Assembly: GCA_963666135.2 (NCBI GenBank)
Contig: CAXXNR010000001.1
Location: 1,513,853 to 1,577,852 of the forward strand
Reading direction: 5' to 3'
Length of the DNA stretch: 64,000 bases
Source of the DNA: Fimbriimonadaceae bacterium
GTDB lineage: Bacteria > Armatimonadota > Fimbriimonadia > Fimbriimonadales > Fimbriimonadaceae
The notes beneath the pieces are model-generated. The model did no database searches and was not told the origin of the DNA. It saw only the letters and a program-made list of their open reading frames with translations. Below are positions 1-9,740 of the stretch, piece by piece (positions within the stretch are counted from its first letter, which is position 1; each line of letters opens with the position of its first letter). The position numbers and the translations under genes were made by a program.

Positions 1-360
1 CAAGCATTCTCCGAGTTTTGCGAAGGGTGGTCGATCAAGCCGAATCCGGAGCGGTTCTTCCGAGCGCTTCAAGGTAGCCGGCATGTGATCCTTGCGAAGG
101 ACGGAGAGAAGGTTGTCGGTTTCATCAATGCGATCTCTGACGGTGAGTTGTTCGCTTTCATTCCTATGCTTGAGGTCGTGGCTGAATACCGCAGCCAAGG
201 GATAGCGTCTGAGCTTGTCCGGTTAATGGTTGATAAGTGCGGCAACCTCTACGGTATGGATTTGCTTTGCGATGCAAACTTGGTTCCGTTCTACGAGCGC
301 TTCGGGATGCAAGAAGTCAGCGGCATGTGCCTTCGTAACCGAGGCCAACTGGAACATTAG
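1..360 (+). CDS. GNAT-family N-acetyltransferase, 5' end cut by the window edge
   Basis: Frame 1 is open from nt 1 to the stop at 358-360. The translated C-terminus (VVGFINAISDGELFAFIPMLEVVAEYRSQGIASELVRLM...VPFYERFGM) shows the GNAT acetyl-CoA-binding pattern (RxQGIA) and a C-terminal FYxxxGF. Confidence 0.7.
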   Translation, partial: QAFSEFCEGWSIKPNPERFFRALQGSRHVILAKDGEKVVGFINAISDGELFAFIPMLEVVAEYRSQGIASELVRLMVDKCGNLYGMDLLCDANLVPFYERFGMQEVSGMCLRNRGQLEH

Positions 361-396
361 GCGATTATCTTGCTTCTTATTTGTGGGAAGGATACG

Positions 397-1236
397 ATGA
401 AAGGTATTTGTGCGTCTGTTGTTGGGCTATGTTTGGTGTTGGCAGGTTGCGGAGGCTCCGGCGGAGGTTCGAACAACGGAGCATCGTGGGACGGTCTCGG
501 CGACAGCTATCCGTCTGCTGATCCTGGCACCTCAATAGTCATCAACCATGAGGAGGCCTATGCCAAAGCCAGTCTGATTCCGGATGCCGCATTGGCTGAC
601 GGCCGCCAACTCCAGGTGGTCTTCGGTCATCAATCAGTCGGCGGCAACATACTGTCTGGTCTTGGCGATCTTCAATCGAAAAGCAGCCGGTACGCCGCTA
701 ACACGGTCGATTATCCAGACTCCAACCCTAGCGGATGCATCTCGCAGTTTGGAGTCGGTTCGAACGGCGATCCGCAGAGCAAGATCGACGATTTTGTCGC
801 GAAAGTGAATAGCGGCTCAATGGCAAGCGCGAACGTCGCTTTCTTCAAGTTCTGCTATGTCGACTTCGACGGCGGCACCGATGCCGCGGCTGTTTTCAAC
901 GCGTATAAATCGGCAATGGAGAACCTGGAGACGGCTCATCCGGGTATCAAGTTCGTTTGGTGGACCGCACCGATTCAAACGGACTACCTCGAGAGTAGAC
1001 ACCAGTTCAATGAACTCGTTCGCAGCTATTGCACAGCAAACAACAAGGTCCTTTTCGATATTGCGGCCATCGAATCGCACAAGCCGGACGGAACCGAAAC
1101 GAACGCGAGCCAGCCAACCTTATATAGCGGCTACACAAGCGATGGCGGCCATCTGAACGACGCGGGAGCATTGAGGGTTGCTCGAGCTTGGCACTGGCTC
1201 ATGGCGCGGATCGCCGGCTGGAACGGACAGGGATAG
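397..1236 (+). CDS. secreted lipoprotein, possibly SGNH/GDSL-like hydrolase
   Basis: The track ORF starts at TTG 370. ATG 397 follows GGAAGGA and gives MKGICASVVGLCLVLAGC, a lipobox. Weak SGNH-like blocks are present (FGHQSVGGN, and DGGHLNDAG resembling the DxxH block). Confidence 0.55.
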   Translation: MKGICASVVGLCLVLAGCGGSGGGSNNGASWDGLGDSYPSADPGTSIVINHEEAYAKASLIPDAALADGRQLQVVFGHQSVGGNILSGLGDLQSKSSRYAANTVDYPDSNPSGCISQFGVGSNGDPQSKIDDFVAKVNSGSMASANVAFFKFCYVDFDGGTDAAAVFNAYKSAMENLETAHPGIKFVWWTAPIQTDYLESRHQFNELVRSYCTANNKVLFDIAAIESHKPDGTETNASQPTLYSGYTSDGGHLNDAGALRVARAWHWLMARIAGWNGQG

Positions 1237-1372
1237 CAGCGCATCGCCTTTAGACCCAAGACGCTGCTAAACGATTGAACCTGGCCCGTATTATTACCAG
1301 GTATTTTTGTTGCAGATTTCTTCAATTGCACTATGATAAATATATCGCTATCATTGGCGAAAGGAGAAAAAC

Positions 1373-2200
1373 ATGAGGATACGCGTGCCGATGGCTCTTG
1401 CCATCTTAGTTGCGACCTACAGGCTGGCCTCAGCCTCATTCCTACCTGATGAAGCCGATCTGCCGAAGACGTTGAAAGACATCCAGCCAGGCACCGGAAA
1501 CGACGTCACCGTTCAGCATTATGTCGACAAAAAGGTTCAACACTACGACGCTGATGTGTATTGTCCCGGAGAGGACGAAAAGATAGGGTCCCTTTCCTTT
1601 GACGCTTCGCCCTACACCGGCAAGTTCGGTCAAAACGGCGCAAACGACTCGTTTATGGGAATGCTGATACGAGGAGGATTTACATTCGATCCTGGGTACC
1701 AAGTTTGCGACGGCTACACGATGCGGTGGCTTCAGTATGTGAACACGTCGAACGAGACGTTCAACGGTGTGGCGCAAGCCGCTAGATCCTTTATCGATGG
1801 TTCGCCGTTGTACCCAGACTTCGCGACTGCCGGAGTTGACGCGCTTCTTTGGGACGCTCCAGGAAGGGGGACCGGTGCGGGCGAATGGTCGAGTATCACC
1901 TGGAGAGCAGAAAGCGCGTTGGTTTGCTACGACGGCAAATCCAGTCTCAAGTACATCGGCTCTTTCTTCTGGGGATTCGACATCGCAACGGCCAACGGCG
2001 TAACATCGGTTACAGGCAGCTATCCAAATGGCTGGAGCCCAGGCCTAACGCAAGGATTCAAGGATCAATTCGGCAAAGATTACCGAGGATGGACTTTGGA
2101 AGAAGGCTGCTGCGCTTGTGTGCCAGGGCCGCTAGCAATCTTGCCGTTCCTAGTTGGTACATCGCTGACGGCATTGCGTCGCAGAAGGTCTGCCCGATGA
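1373..2200 (+). CDS. secreted protein with PEP-CTERM-like C-terminal sorting tail
   Basis: N-terminal signal peptide (MRIRVPMALAILVATYRLASA). The C-terminus, VPGPLAILPFLVGTSLTALRRRRSAR, combines a P-x-P motif, a hydrophobic helix and an Arg cluster. Confidence 0.6.
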   Translation: MRIRVPMALAILVATYRLASASFLPDEADLPKTLKDIQPGTGNDVTVQHYVDKKVQHYDADVYCPGEDEKIGSLSFDASPYTGKFGQNGANDSFMGMLIRGGFTFDPGYQVCDGYTMRWLQYVNTSNETFNGVAQAARSFIDGSPLYPDFATAGVDALLWDAPGRGTGAGEWSSITWRAESALVCYDGKSSLKYIGSFFWGFDIATANGVTSVTGSYPNGWSPGLTQGFKDQFGKDYRGWTLEEGCCACVPGPLAILPFLVGTSLTALRRRRSAR

Positions 2201-2652
2201 AATTTCTGATCGGAGTTGCGGCTATCATCACCTTGATGATGAATTGCAACAAGTCCAGTTCTCATGGGCAGGTGCTCATTGAGATGAGCCAGTGGGGAGG
2301 AATGGAAACTCCGAACCAGGCGAAGACCAGCGTTCTGTATGTAAACGGCACGCTGGTCACGCCAGATCGCACTTCAAAACTTAGTTCTAAGGCTTTAGAG
2401 ACTATCAGGCAGATAGCCGTGTCGTTGACCAGCTCTAATCTCGACTTCAGCCAGGTGGGCGAATTATCAAACAAGGTTCCTGTTGTCGAGGGAGGAACCG
2501 GCAACTACAAGCTCATGGTTCACCAAGACGGCAAGCACGTTACCTTCGTGATTTCGTATCCGGAGCTGTTCCTTGACGATAAAAGACCAGAACTAAAGGC
2601 CGCGGCTCGTGCCGTTCTCAAGATAAGGGAAGCCTTCGCGTCTGCAAACTGA
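2197..2652 (+). CDS. small hypothetical lipoprotein
   Basis: ATG 2197 overlaps the upstream stop (ATGA). MKFLIGVAAIITLMMNC looks like a signal peptide plus lipobox. The 5' part of the longer track ORF 1849-2652 overlaps the preceding gene. Confidence 0.55.
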   Translation: MKFLIGVAAIITLMMNCNKSSSHGQVLIEMSQWGGMETPNQAKTSVLYVNGTLVTPDRTSKLSSKALETIRQIAVSLTSSNLDFSQVGELSNKVPVVEGGTGNYKLMVHQDGKHVTFVISYPELFLDDKRPELKAAARAVLKIREAFASAN

Positions 2653-2667
2653 CTTCGACAATTGGTC

Positions 2668-3198
2668 TTACTCGCCTAATCCTGCGTTCATGATCTCGTC
2701 GGCGACGAAAATGGGAGCCTCAAACCGTACGGCAATCGCTATGGCGTCAGACGGACGCGCGTCAAGTTCGATCTCTTCTTTGCCGTTTGCCAGGTAGACC
2801 TTGGCGTAATAAACTGAATTCCACAGGTCGTCAATCACGACGCGCGTGACGCGGTGGCCCAACCTCTCGAGGATATGCTGCATCAGGTCGTGCGACATGG
2901 GTCGATCCGGCCTTGATCCTTCTATGGGAAGGCTGATAGCCTGGGCCTCATAGGCTCCAATTAGGATCGGTAGCTTGCGGACGCCGTCCGTAAGAAGCAC
3001 AAATCGAGACACGTTGCCAGCGCTCTCGGCTGCGAACACGCCTTCGATGGAGACCTCGATAGGCTCGCCCATGTTGCCCGGCTCATGGTCGGGTTCGTCG
3101 CGGTCGTAGGGGAAAAACGACGGCGGCTCGTTCAGATTGTCGGGTCCATTCGGATCCTCAGGCATAGCATTAAGATACCCGCGAATCATAGGCCTCAA
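2668..3198 (-). CDS. bifunctional nuclease (BFN/DUF151) family protein
   Basis: The segment FVLLTDGVRKLPILIGAYEAQAISLPIEG...RPMSHDLM..IL..LG..V..VVIDDL....YYAKV.L......ELDARPSDAIAIAVRFEAPIFV matches the conserved BFN-domain pattern. Confidence 0.8.
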   Translation of the reverse strand: MRPMIRGYLNAMPEDPNGPDNLNEPPSFFPYDRDEPDHEPGNMGEPIEVSIEGVFAAESAGNVSRFVLLTDGVRKLPILIGAYEAQAISLPIEGSRPDRPMSHDLMQHILERLGHRVTRVVIDDLWNSVYYAKVYLANGKEEIELDARPSDAIAIAVRFEAPIFVADEIMNAGLGE

Positions 3199-3216
3199 GC
3201 CCTTTCACGGGATTGC

Positions 3217-3774
3217 CTAGGCTTCGAAATCAATCGGTTCGCCGATGTTGAACGAATCGAACCGAACCTTCAGTCCCAGCCTCGTCGGCGAACAGGCCAT
3301 CGGTCCAACCTGAACAGGCTCTCCTTCGGGCAAGTAGCACAAACGGACCATGTGCCAGTGTTCGCCATCTGAAGACGCCTGCACAGCCGCAGCATCGCCC
3401 TTCCGAATCAAGCGCACCCAAAACGGTCCATCGCAGGGCCATTCCTGCACCGACCAATCGGAATGTCCTCGGGTAGCCACGACCGAAAAGTGCCTCTTGC
3501 CGCCAAAAAACTCGATGCCGCACTTGATCCAGTTCTCGCTGTCGATGCGCAGCATGAGCCCAGCCTGGTCATAGAGCGCTTCAAACTCCGCGTCAACGCG
3601 CACCGTCGCGGCAAAGTCGCCCTCACGGACCTTAAACCAGAAGTGGCCGTTGTCATGGACGAAACCGTAATGCGTCTTTTGCCAGAAGTCGCCTTGATCC
3701 CCGGTTGCCAGCTCTAGATGGCTGTCGCTCGATGTCCACGAGGGAGGCTCGTTGAACCATTCCATGGTTCGCAC
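3217..3774 (-). CDS. DUF1349 (concanavalin-like, regulation-of-enolase-1-like) protein
   Basis: MEWFNEPPSW...DFWQKTHYGFVHDNGHFWF...YDQAGLMLRIDSENWIKCGIEF is the typical DUF1349 signature. Confidence 0.75.
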   Translation of the reverse strand: MRTMEWFNEPPSWTSSDSHLELATGDQGDFWQKTHYGFVHDNGHFWFKVREGDFAATVRVDAEFEALYDQAGLMLRIDSENWIKCGIEFFGGKRHFSVVATRGHSDWSVQEWPCDGPFWVRLIRKGDAAAVQASSDGEHWHMVRLCYLPEGEPVQVGPMACSPTRLGLKVRFDSFNIGEPIDFEA

Positions 3775-3860
3775 CTTACCTCAAAGCACTAATGAATGAA
3801 CTTGCGCAGAACGAAGGTGATAAATAGAACGGCTTTCATCTATAGTAAGGTCTAAGGAAG

Positions 3861-4313
3861 GTGCATTTGATGTCGGATTCTACGCAAGCGAAGAAGCCAA
3901 GTTTGAACAACTCGGATGTTTATCCCGACGACGTAGTCCTTAAGACTGAGCTAGCCGATGCGTTCGAGCCATTTGAGCTGTGGCGAGAGTCGCTGAAGTC
4001 GGATGATTTCGGCATGGATATCGAATGGCGGTATTACAAAGACGGCGGCTCATGGCTTTGCAAGGCGACGAAGCGCAAGAAGACGGTGTGCTGGCTCTCC
4101 GTTTGGGAAGGGTATTTCAAGATCGGCTTCTACTTCACCGACAAGAATGCAAGCGATATCGAAGTGCTACCGATAAGTCCCGTCGCCAAGGCTGAGTTTG
4201 CGAATGGCAAATACTATGGCAAACTGAAGCATCTTGGTTTCGAAGTTCGAGATGCGAGCGATCTTTCAGACTTGTCAACGGTAATGAAATATAAGATATC
4301 GATTTTACGATAA
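3861..4313 (+). CDS. DUF3788-like hypothetical protein
   Basis: 150-aa ORF. The central WRYYKDGGSWLCKATKRKKTVCWLSVWEGYFKIGFYF resembles the DUF3788 family. Confidence 0.55.
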   Translation: MHLMSDSTQAKKPSLNNSDVYPDDVVLKTELADAFEPFELWRESLKSDDFGMDIEWRYYKDGGSWLCKATKRKKTVCWLSVWEGYFKIGFYFTDKNASDIEVLPISPVAKAEFANGKYYGKLKHLGFEVRDASDLSDLSTVMKYKISILR

Positions 4314-4395
4314 GCCATGATAGGCGCTTTTGCATCAAGGCTGGCTGGTAGCCCCGTCGGCGAAAAGGGTAAAACCGCCTTGTCGTCTGAAATCC

Positions 4396-5541
4396 ATGTC
4401 TAGGTCATCCTTGCGCATAATCCATATCGAAACAGGAAAGCACTGGAGAGGAGCTCAGGTTCAGGTACTTCATACTTTGCTAGGCCAAAAGAAGCTTGGA
4501 CACCATGTAAGCCTCATATGTCCTCCTGGATCAGCGCTGGAGCAAAGAGCCCGAGAGGCTGGCATAGACGTTTACCCTCAACGTTGCAGAATCTCCCTCT
4601 ATGGCTTTGACGTGTTGAAAATGGCAGCCACCATCAGGCGCATCAAACCGGATATTGTCCACCTTCATAGCTCCCATGCCCACAACGTCGGCGGGATGGC
4701 GGCAAGCCTTGCCCGCGTGCCTGCGGTCGTTCTTTCGAGGCGAATGGACACGCCGATTACCCTCTGGCACCACAAACTCAAATACAAAGTGGGCTACGAC
4801 GCGGTGATCGCCATCTCGAAGGGAGTCAAACGCGCGCTGGTGGTTGCCGGAGTCAAAGAAAAGAAGATCGCAGTCGTAAGAAGCGCCATCGAAGACCACT
4901 GGTGGACGGTTCCAGGTAATCGAGACGCTGTCCGTCGTGAACTGAGCTATCAAGATTGCGACGTTGTGGTTGCCGTCATCGCCGCCATCGAGCCGCGAAA
5001 GGGTCAAGCGCTCTTGATCCAAGGCTTGCCGCAAATTCTCGCGAGCACACCTAATGTTAAGGTTCTTCTGGCAGGAAAAGACGACATCAGCCAGTCAGAA
5101 AAGGCTCTCGTACAAGAACTTGGGCTAGAAGGAAAAGTGATGTTCGCAGGATTTCGATCCGACATCAAGGACGTCATCGCGGCCGCCGACATCATCGCTG
5201 CGCCATCCTATCTCGAAGGCCTCGGCGTGTCGATCATGGAAGCAATGGCGTGTGGCAAGCCGATCGTCGCAAGCAATGTCGGCGGCATTCCAGAGAGCGT
5301 CGTGGACGGCGAGACCGGATTGCTTGTTGAGCCAGGCGACGCCGAAGCGCTTGCGAACGCTATCGTGGCATTAGCAAACGATGAAAACCTGAGACAAGAA
5401 ATGGGCCGAAAAGGGCAGCTTCGAGCCCAAGACGACTTCTCGATCGATTCGCTCATCAACGACACCCTTGCTGTGTACTGCCAATTGCTGCGCCTTCCGG
5501 TACCCGAGAGAGAGAAAGCGGCCTCGACCGTCGTAGGGTAA
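4396..5541 (+). CDS. glycosyltransferase family 4 (GT-B)
   Basis: PSYLEGLGVSIMEAMACGKPIVASNVGGIPESVVDGETGLLVEPGD is the GT4 E-x7-E region. I prefer ATG 4396 (MSRSSLRIIHIE) over the TTG at 4330. Confidence 0.85.
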   Translation: MSRSSLRIIHIETGKHWRGAQVQVLHTLLGQKKLGHHVSLICPPGSALEQRAREAGIDVYPQRCRISLYGFDVLKMAATIRRIKPDIVHLHSSHAHNVGGMAASLARVPAVVLSRRMDTPITLWHHKLKYKVGYDAVIAISKGVKRALVVAGVKEKKIAVVRSAIEDHWWTVPGNRDAVRRELSYQDCDVVVAVIAAIEPRKGQALLIQGLPQILASTPNVKVLLAGKDDISQSEKALVQELGLEGKVMFAGFRSDIKDVIAAADIIAAPSYLEGLGVSIMEAMACGKPIVASNVGGIPESVVDGETGLLVEPGDAEALANAIVALANDENLRQEMGRKGQLRAQDDFSIDSLINDTLAVYCQLLRLPVPEREKAASTVVG

Positions 5542-5573
5542 TCCGGTAAATGGGGTAACGTTGCCCCAACGCT

Positions 5574-7607
5574 ATGGAATATCCGCAGACTAAAAGACTC
5601 GATCTCGTTGAAACGCTTCACGGCCGTTCGGTTGCAGACCCCTATCGCTGGCTAGAGGACGATAACTCAAAAGAGACGGCCGAATGGGTAAAAGCTCAGA
5701 ATGCTGTAACGAACTCATATTTAGCCAAGCTGACTGTTCGCGAGGAGCTGAAGGCGCGTCTGACCGAATTGATGAACTACGAACGGTTCAGTCTGCCAAC
5801 CCCGAAGGGCGGCCGGTATTTCTACACCCGCAACGACGGACTGCAGAACCAAGCTGTGGTCTATGTATCCAAAGGTCTCGGTGCAGAAGCTAAGGTGCTC
5901 ATCGACCCGAACAAGTTCTCGGACGACGGCACGGTGGCTCTGTCGGGTTTTGCGATTTCGGACGACGGCAATCTCGCAGCCTATTCGGTATCGAGTGGAG
6001 GATCGGACTGGGTGGAGTGGCACGTCCGCGATGTCGAGACCGGCGAGGATCTACCCGACGTCATTCAGTGGTCGAAGTTCAGCGGGGCGAGCTGGACTCC
6101 CGACGGAAAAGGCTTCTACTACAGCGCATACGACGCGCCTGAAGAGGGCGCTGCGCTCCAGCAGATGAACCAGTTCCAGAAGCTGTACTATCACCGTCTC
6201 GGCACGCCGCAGTCTTCAGATGAGCTTGTCTATGAACGCAAGGATCAGCCGGATTGGGGCTTCGGCGGACATGTGACCGAAAATGGCCGCTATTTGGTCA
6301 TCCACGTCTGGCACGGCACGCATCGTGAGAACCGGCTGTTCTACAAAGACCTGGTTGCGGGCGGCCCAGTTGTCGAACTGTTCAAGGACGCCGATGCCAG
6401 CTACGGCTTGCTTGGCAACGTCGGAACCAGGTTCTTCATTCAAACCGATAGGAACGCGCCGATGGAGCGGATCTTCGCCGTCGACATCGACAATCCTTCG
6501 GCCGAGATCGAGATCCTGCCCGAATCCGATGCGGTGCTTAGCGGGGCAAGCATGGTCGGCGGCAAGCTGTTCGCGACCTATTTGCGCGATGCGCACACCC
6601 AGGTTTGCATCTACTCGCTCGATGGCAAGCTGGAGAAAGAGCTGGAACTGCCGGGAGTCGGCACCGCGGCGGGATTCGGCGGCGAGATGAAGGACGACGA
6701 GACGTTCTTCGCCTACACGAGCTATACCTATCCGACGTCTCTATATCGCTACGACATCAAGACCGGTCGGACCTCGTTATTTAAGAAACCTGACGTCAAG
6801 TTCAACGCTGACGACTATGAGACCAAACAGGTGTTCTATGCAAGCAAGGACGGCACCCGTGTCCCGATGTTCATCACGCACAAGAAGGGTTTGCAGCTTG
6901 ATGGCCAAAATCCGACGCTCTTGGGCGGTTACGGCGGCTTCAACATCCCGATCACACCCGGATTCAACCCGATGGACATCCCATGGCTGGAGCGGGGCGG
7001 AGTTGTCGCAGTCGCATGCCTTCGCGGCGGCGGCGAGTATGGCAAAACCTGGCACGACGGCGGACGCCTGAAGAACAAGCAGAACGTGTTCGACGACTTT
7101 ATCTCGGCAGCCGAGTATCTGATTGCTGAGAAGTACACGTCAACTCCGAGGCTGGCGATCCGTGGCGGAAGCAACGGCGGCCTGCTGGTTGGAGCATGTC
7201 TCACTCAGCGGCCCGATCTTTACGGAGCCTGCGTTCCGTATGTCGGCGTGCTCGACATGCTGCGTTTCCATAAGTTCACGATCGGCTGGGGCTGGTGCTC
7301 GGACTACGGCAACCCGGATGAGGCTGCTGATTTCGAAGTGGTGTACAAGTATTCGCCTTATCACAACGTCAAGGAAGGAACCGCCTATCCGCCGACTCTG
7401 GTGGTAACAGGCGACCACGACGACCGCGTGGTGCCGTTGCACAGCTTCAAGTTCGCTTCGGCCTTGCAGCATGCTCAAAGCGGTCCTGCTCCCGTGCTCA
7501 TCCGTGTTGAAACGCGGGCAGGCCATGGCGCAGGCAAGCCGCTCAGCATGGCAATCGAGGAGATGTCGGACGTCTATGCGTTCGTGATGGACAACCTGAA
7601 GGTGTAA
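5574..7607 (+). CDS. prolyl oligopeptidase (S9A prolyl endopeptidase)
   Basis: N-terminal DPYRWLED, a beta-propeller middle region, a GGSNGGLL nucleophile elbow and a C-terminal DHDDRV...GHG triad region. Confidence 0.9.
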   Translation: MEYPQTKRLDLVETLHGRSVADPYRWLEDDNSKETAEWVKAQNAVTNSYLAKLTVREELKARLTELMNYERFSLPTPKGGRYFYTRNDGLQNQAVVYVSKGLGAEAKVLIDPNKFSDDGTVALSGFAISDDGNLAAYSVSSGGSDWVEWHVRDVETGEDLPDVIQWSKFSGASWTPDGKGFYYSAYDAPEEGAALQQMNQFQKLYYHRLGTPQSSDELVYERKDQPDWGFGGHVTENGRYLVIHVWHGTHRENRLFYKDLVAGGPVVELFKDADASYGLLGNVGTRFFIQTDRNAPMERIFAVDIDNPSAEIEILPESDAVLSGASMVGGKLFATYLRDAHTQVCIYSLDGKLEKELELPGVGTAAGFGGEMKDDETFFAYTSYTYPTSLYRYDIKTGRTSLFKKPDVKFNADDYETKQVFYASKDGTRVPMFITHKKGLQLDGQNPTLLGGYGGFNIPITPGFNPMDIPWLERGGVVAVACLRGGGEYGKTWHDGGRLKNKQNVFDDFISAAEYLIAEKYTSTPRLAIRGGSNGGLLVGACLTQRPDLYGACVPYVGVLDMLRFHKFTIGWGWCSDYGNPDEAADFEVVYKYSPYHNVKEGTAYPPTLVVTGDHDDRVVPLHSFKFASALQHAQSGPAPVLIRVETRAGHGAGKPLSMAIEEMSDVYAFVMDNLKV

Positions 7608-7698
7608 GCTAGATTCTCGGGAGCGAGGGCTAAAGGTAACTATGTAAATAATGTGACGGTTCATCGGGAAGATCTCCGACGAACGGCAAGCCCTTCTG

Positions 7699-7913
7699 GA
7701 GCGCCATCGGCGCGAAACAGGATTAGCCTAGCCCCACGAGGGCTAGGAAAGGTATGTGGCAGAGAACCTGGAGGGCTGAAGGCCCGAGGATAGGGACGCG
7801 CATAGCTTAAGGCCTACAAACCTATCTCGCCCCTACAGGGCTCATGGTCTCCTCTGACTCAACAACCTTGGGCTAGCGCCCAAGGCTACTCCTGTTTCGC
7901 GCCGTTGGCGCTC
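7699..7913. repeat. composite palindromic element between convergent genes
   Basis: The 31-nt arms GAGCGCCATCGGCGCGAAACAGGATTAGCCT (7699-7729) and AGGCTACTCCTGTTTCGCGCCGTTGGCGCTC (7883-7913) are reverse complements with 2 mismatches. Inner hairpins include CCTAGCCC-cacga-GGGCTAGG and CCTTGGGC-tagc-GCCCAAGG. Confidence 0.7.
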
Positions 7914-8029
7914 GTGAAGAGGTGTTCCAATATTGTTTAGATATGTCAGGTTCTATTCGTAACTGCCATTAGCCTTCGTTGAACCTCAAGAAAAAGCGAT
8001 GCCAGCCCTATAGCTAGCAGCGCTTCAAC

Positions 8030-9601
8030 TTATCCTATGACGAACTCGCGCATCGCCTGCGGGACCGACGCGTCGAATCCGACAACGTCGAGCATTCCGG
8101 CATCGCGCGGGTCGGCGATCGTGAAGTTGTTGCCTGCCATGGCCACAACGATCAGTCTCGCGTTGATCCCCGACTTCTGCCGGTACTCGGCCAGCGCTTG
8201 CGACGGATGCACCTTGCCGTACCACGTCTCGCTGTCCGTGTAGACCACGAAGACATCGACCTGAAGCTTATGCCTCGTCGCATAAAGCATCGGCAGCGCG
8301 CAGTCGGTAGCCTCGAAAGGCAAGCTCTGCGTTAACCTCAGAGCGTCGGACAGCCGCATCTTTGGCGTCAGGTTCAGCTTGATAAAGCCGCTCGTAAACG
8401 CCATCGGAATGCAGTTTGGCTCTGAAACCATGTTGACCATGGCCATTGCCGTCGCCGCCTCGCTCGCTGTCAAGAGCGTTCCGCCTACGCGCGCCCCCGC
8501 CATCGAACCCGACACGTCGACTCCCAAGAGGAACCGCTTGCCTGTCGGCTCGATGTTCGCAAACGCTGCATAGAACGCCCCATCGAGCGCATCCGAAATG
8601 GCCGGAACCGGAATCCACTGGCCTTTGCCTTTGAACCCGGAACCCGAGCCGTATGTGGACGAAGCGAGCAAGAACGCCATCGGGTGCGCCCGAGAACGCT
8701 TGATCCGCTCCGCCGACTTCAGCTCGTTCAGCACCTTTTGGGTTGCCTCGGACTGTGGAGTCAGCAAGCCGCATTTCGTCATGTTGGCCAGGTTGCGGAC
8801 CATTGCCATCATCGGCATGTCTTCCAGCAACGCTTCCCAAACCGACGGATTCGTCAGGAACTGCGTTGGCACGCATTCGCGAGGCAATCGGTGCTCCCGG
8901 ATCCACTTGACTGCTTCGTCGGGATCCGAGGCCTTGGAAAGCCCCATGAACGCCTCGAGTTTCGCGTTTTCGCTGACGAGTTCGCCGTCGACGATCCACT
9001 TGAAGAGCGTTTTGTGCTCTTCGCTTGCCGGCTTCGGGTGCGCGAGTCGGAGCAAGTCGCGGTGCGACCAGCCTTCTCGCTGCTGGTACTTGATCGCCTG
9101 GTAGGTCAGGCCGTTGACCTCAGCGTCGTTGTACCAGTTCCCGATGGCGCGCCGGAGACCCCGTCCCCATCCGCGCATTTCGCCGCATTCCGAGGCAAAC
9201 TGAAACAGGTGCGTTCCTGTTCGGCACACCTTTCTCAGCGATGCGAGTGCAGCCTGCTTCGTTTTGGCGTCTCCGTGCGATGCGCAGAGGGACAAAGCGA
9301 AGATCGCCGGACCGTTTTTGGGCGCTCTGCCGGAATCGCTGATTTCAACGATTCGGTTGACCACCCTCTGGCCGTCCAGTTTGATCAGGCTCAAGACGTT
9401 CGACGCGTGGTCGAGCGTCAGCTTTCGCTCGCTGATGTAATAGGTGCCGCCTTCGGTTCCCAGGATGAGGAACCGATCAAGCAACGCCCAAGGATTGATC
9501 GCCCAGGCGTAGCCGCCCGCGGAGTTCGGGGTTTGGCCCGCTCCGAAGATCGGATCGCTCTGCGGCGTCTTTCGAATGCTTAAGTATTTGCTGAACTTCA
9601 T
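8030..9601 (-). CDS. rsr: Ro60-related protein Rsr (TROVE domain + vWA domain)
   Basis: MKFSKYLSIRKTPQSDPI...FLILGTEGGTYY...GRAPKNGPAIFAL...THLFQF...RGWGRGLRRAI is TROVE-like. The C-terminal vWA domain has a MIDAS motif (LLGVDVSGSM). ATG 9601 is preceded by GAGGTG. The upstream 123 codons of the track ORF lie over the structured RNA genes. Confidence 0.88.
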   Translation of the reverse strand: MKFSKYLSIRKTPQSDPIFGAGQTPNSAGGYAWAINPWALLDRFLILGTEGGTYYISERKLTLDHASNVLSLIKLDGQRVVNRIVEISDSGRAPKNGPAIFALSLCASHGDAKTKQAALASLRKVCRTGTHLFQFASECGEMRGWGRGLRRAIGNWYNDAEVNGLTYQAIKYQQREGWSHRDLLRLAHPKPASEEHKTLFKWIVDGELVSENAKLEAFMGLSKASDPDEAVKWIREHRLPRECVPTQFLTNPSVWEALLEDMPMMAMVRNLANMTKCGLLTPQSEATQKVLNELKSAERIKRSRAHPMAFLLASSTYGSGSGFKGKGQWIPVPAISDALDGAFYAAFANIEPTGKRFLLGVDVSGSMAGARVGGTLLTASEAATAMAMVNMVSEPNCIPMAFTSGFIKLNLTPKMRLSDALRLTQSLPFEATDCALPMLYATRHKLQVDVFVVYTDSETWYGKVHPSQALAEYRQKSGINARLIVVAMAGNNFTIADPRDAGMLDVVGFDASVPQAMREFVIG

Positions 9602-9740
9602 GTTCTTCACCTCATATGCGGCGGGTCGGGGAGGCATGTGTTCAGGTGTAGGTGTGTCTGCCTTGTCGGACAGGTCAAACCGGTCTGACAATGAAAATCC
9701 TTTCACAGCGAAACAAGCCCCAAAGGGACGAATGCAGCAT

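Noticed and set aside
1849-2196. 5' part of track ORF 1849-2652.
   Set aside because: It overlaps the better-supported 1373-2200 CDS. ATG 2197 gives a clean lipoprotein signal and an ATGA junction.
8268-9583. Long antisense or alternative-frame ORFs inside rsr (8268-8999(-), 8684-9583(+)). Similar shadow ORFs occur elsewhere, e.g. 12623-13396(-), 22154-23029(+), 36008-36730(+), 39619-40497(-), 45184-46167(+) and 38237-38965(-).
   Set aside because: These are typical GC-rich shadow ORFs with Arg/Ala/Gly/Pro-biased translations and no motifs. Each overlaps a frame with a clearly recognisable domain protein.
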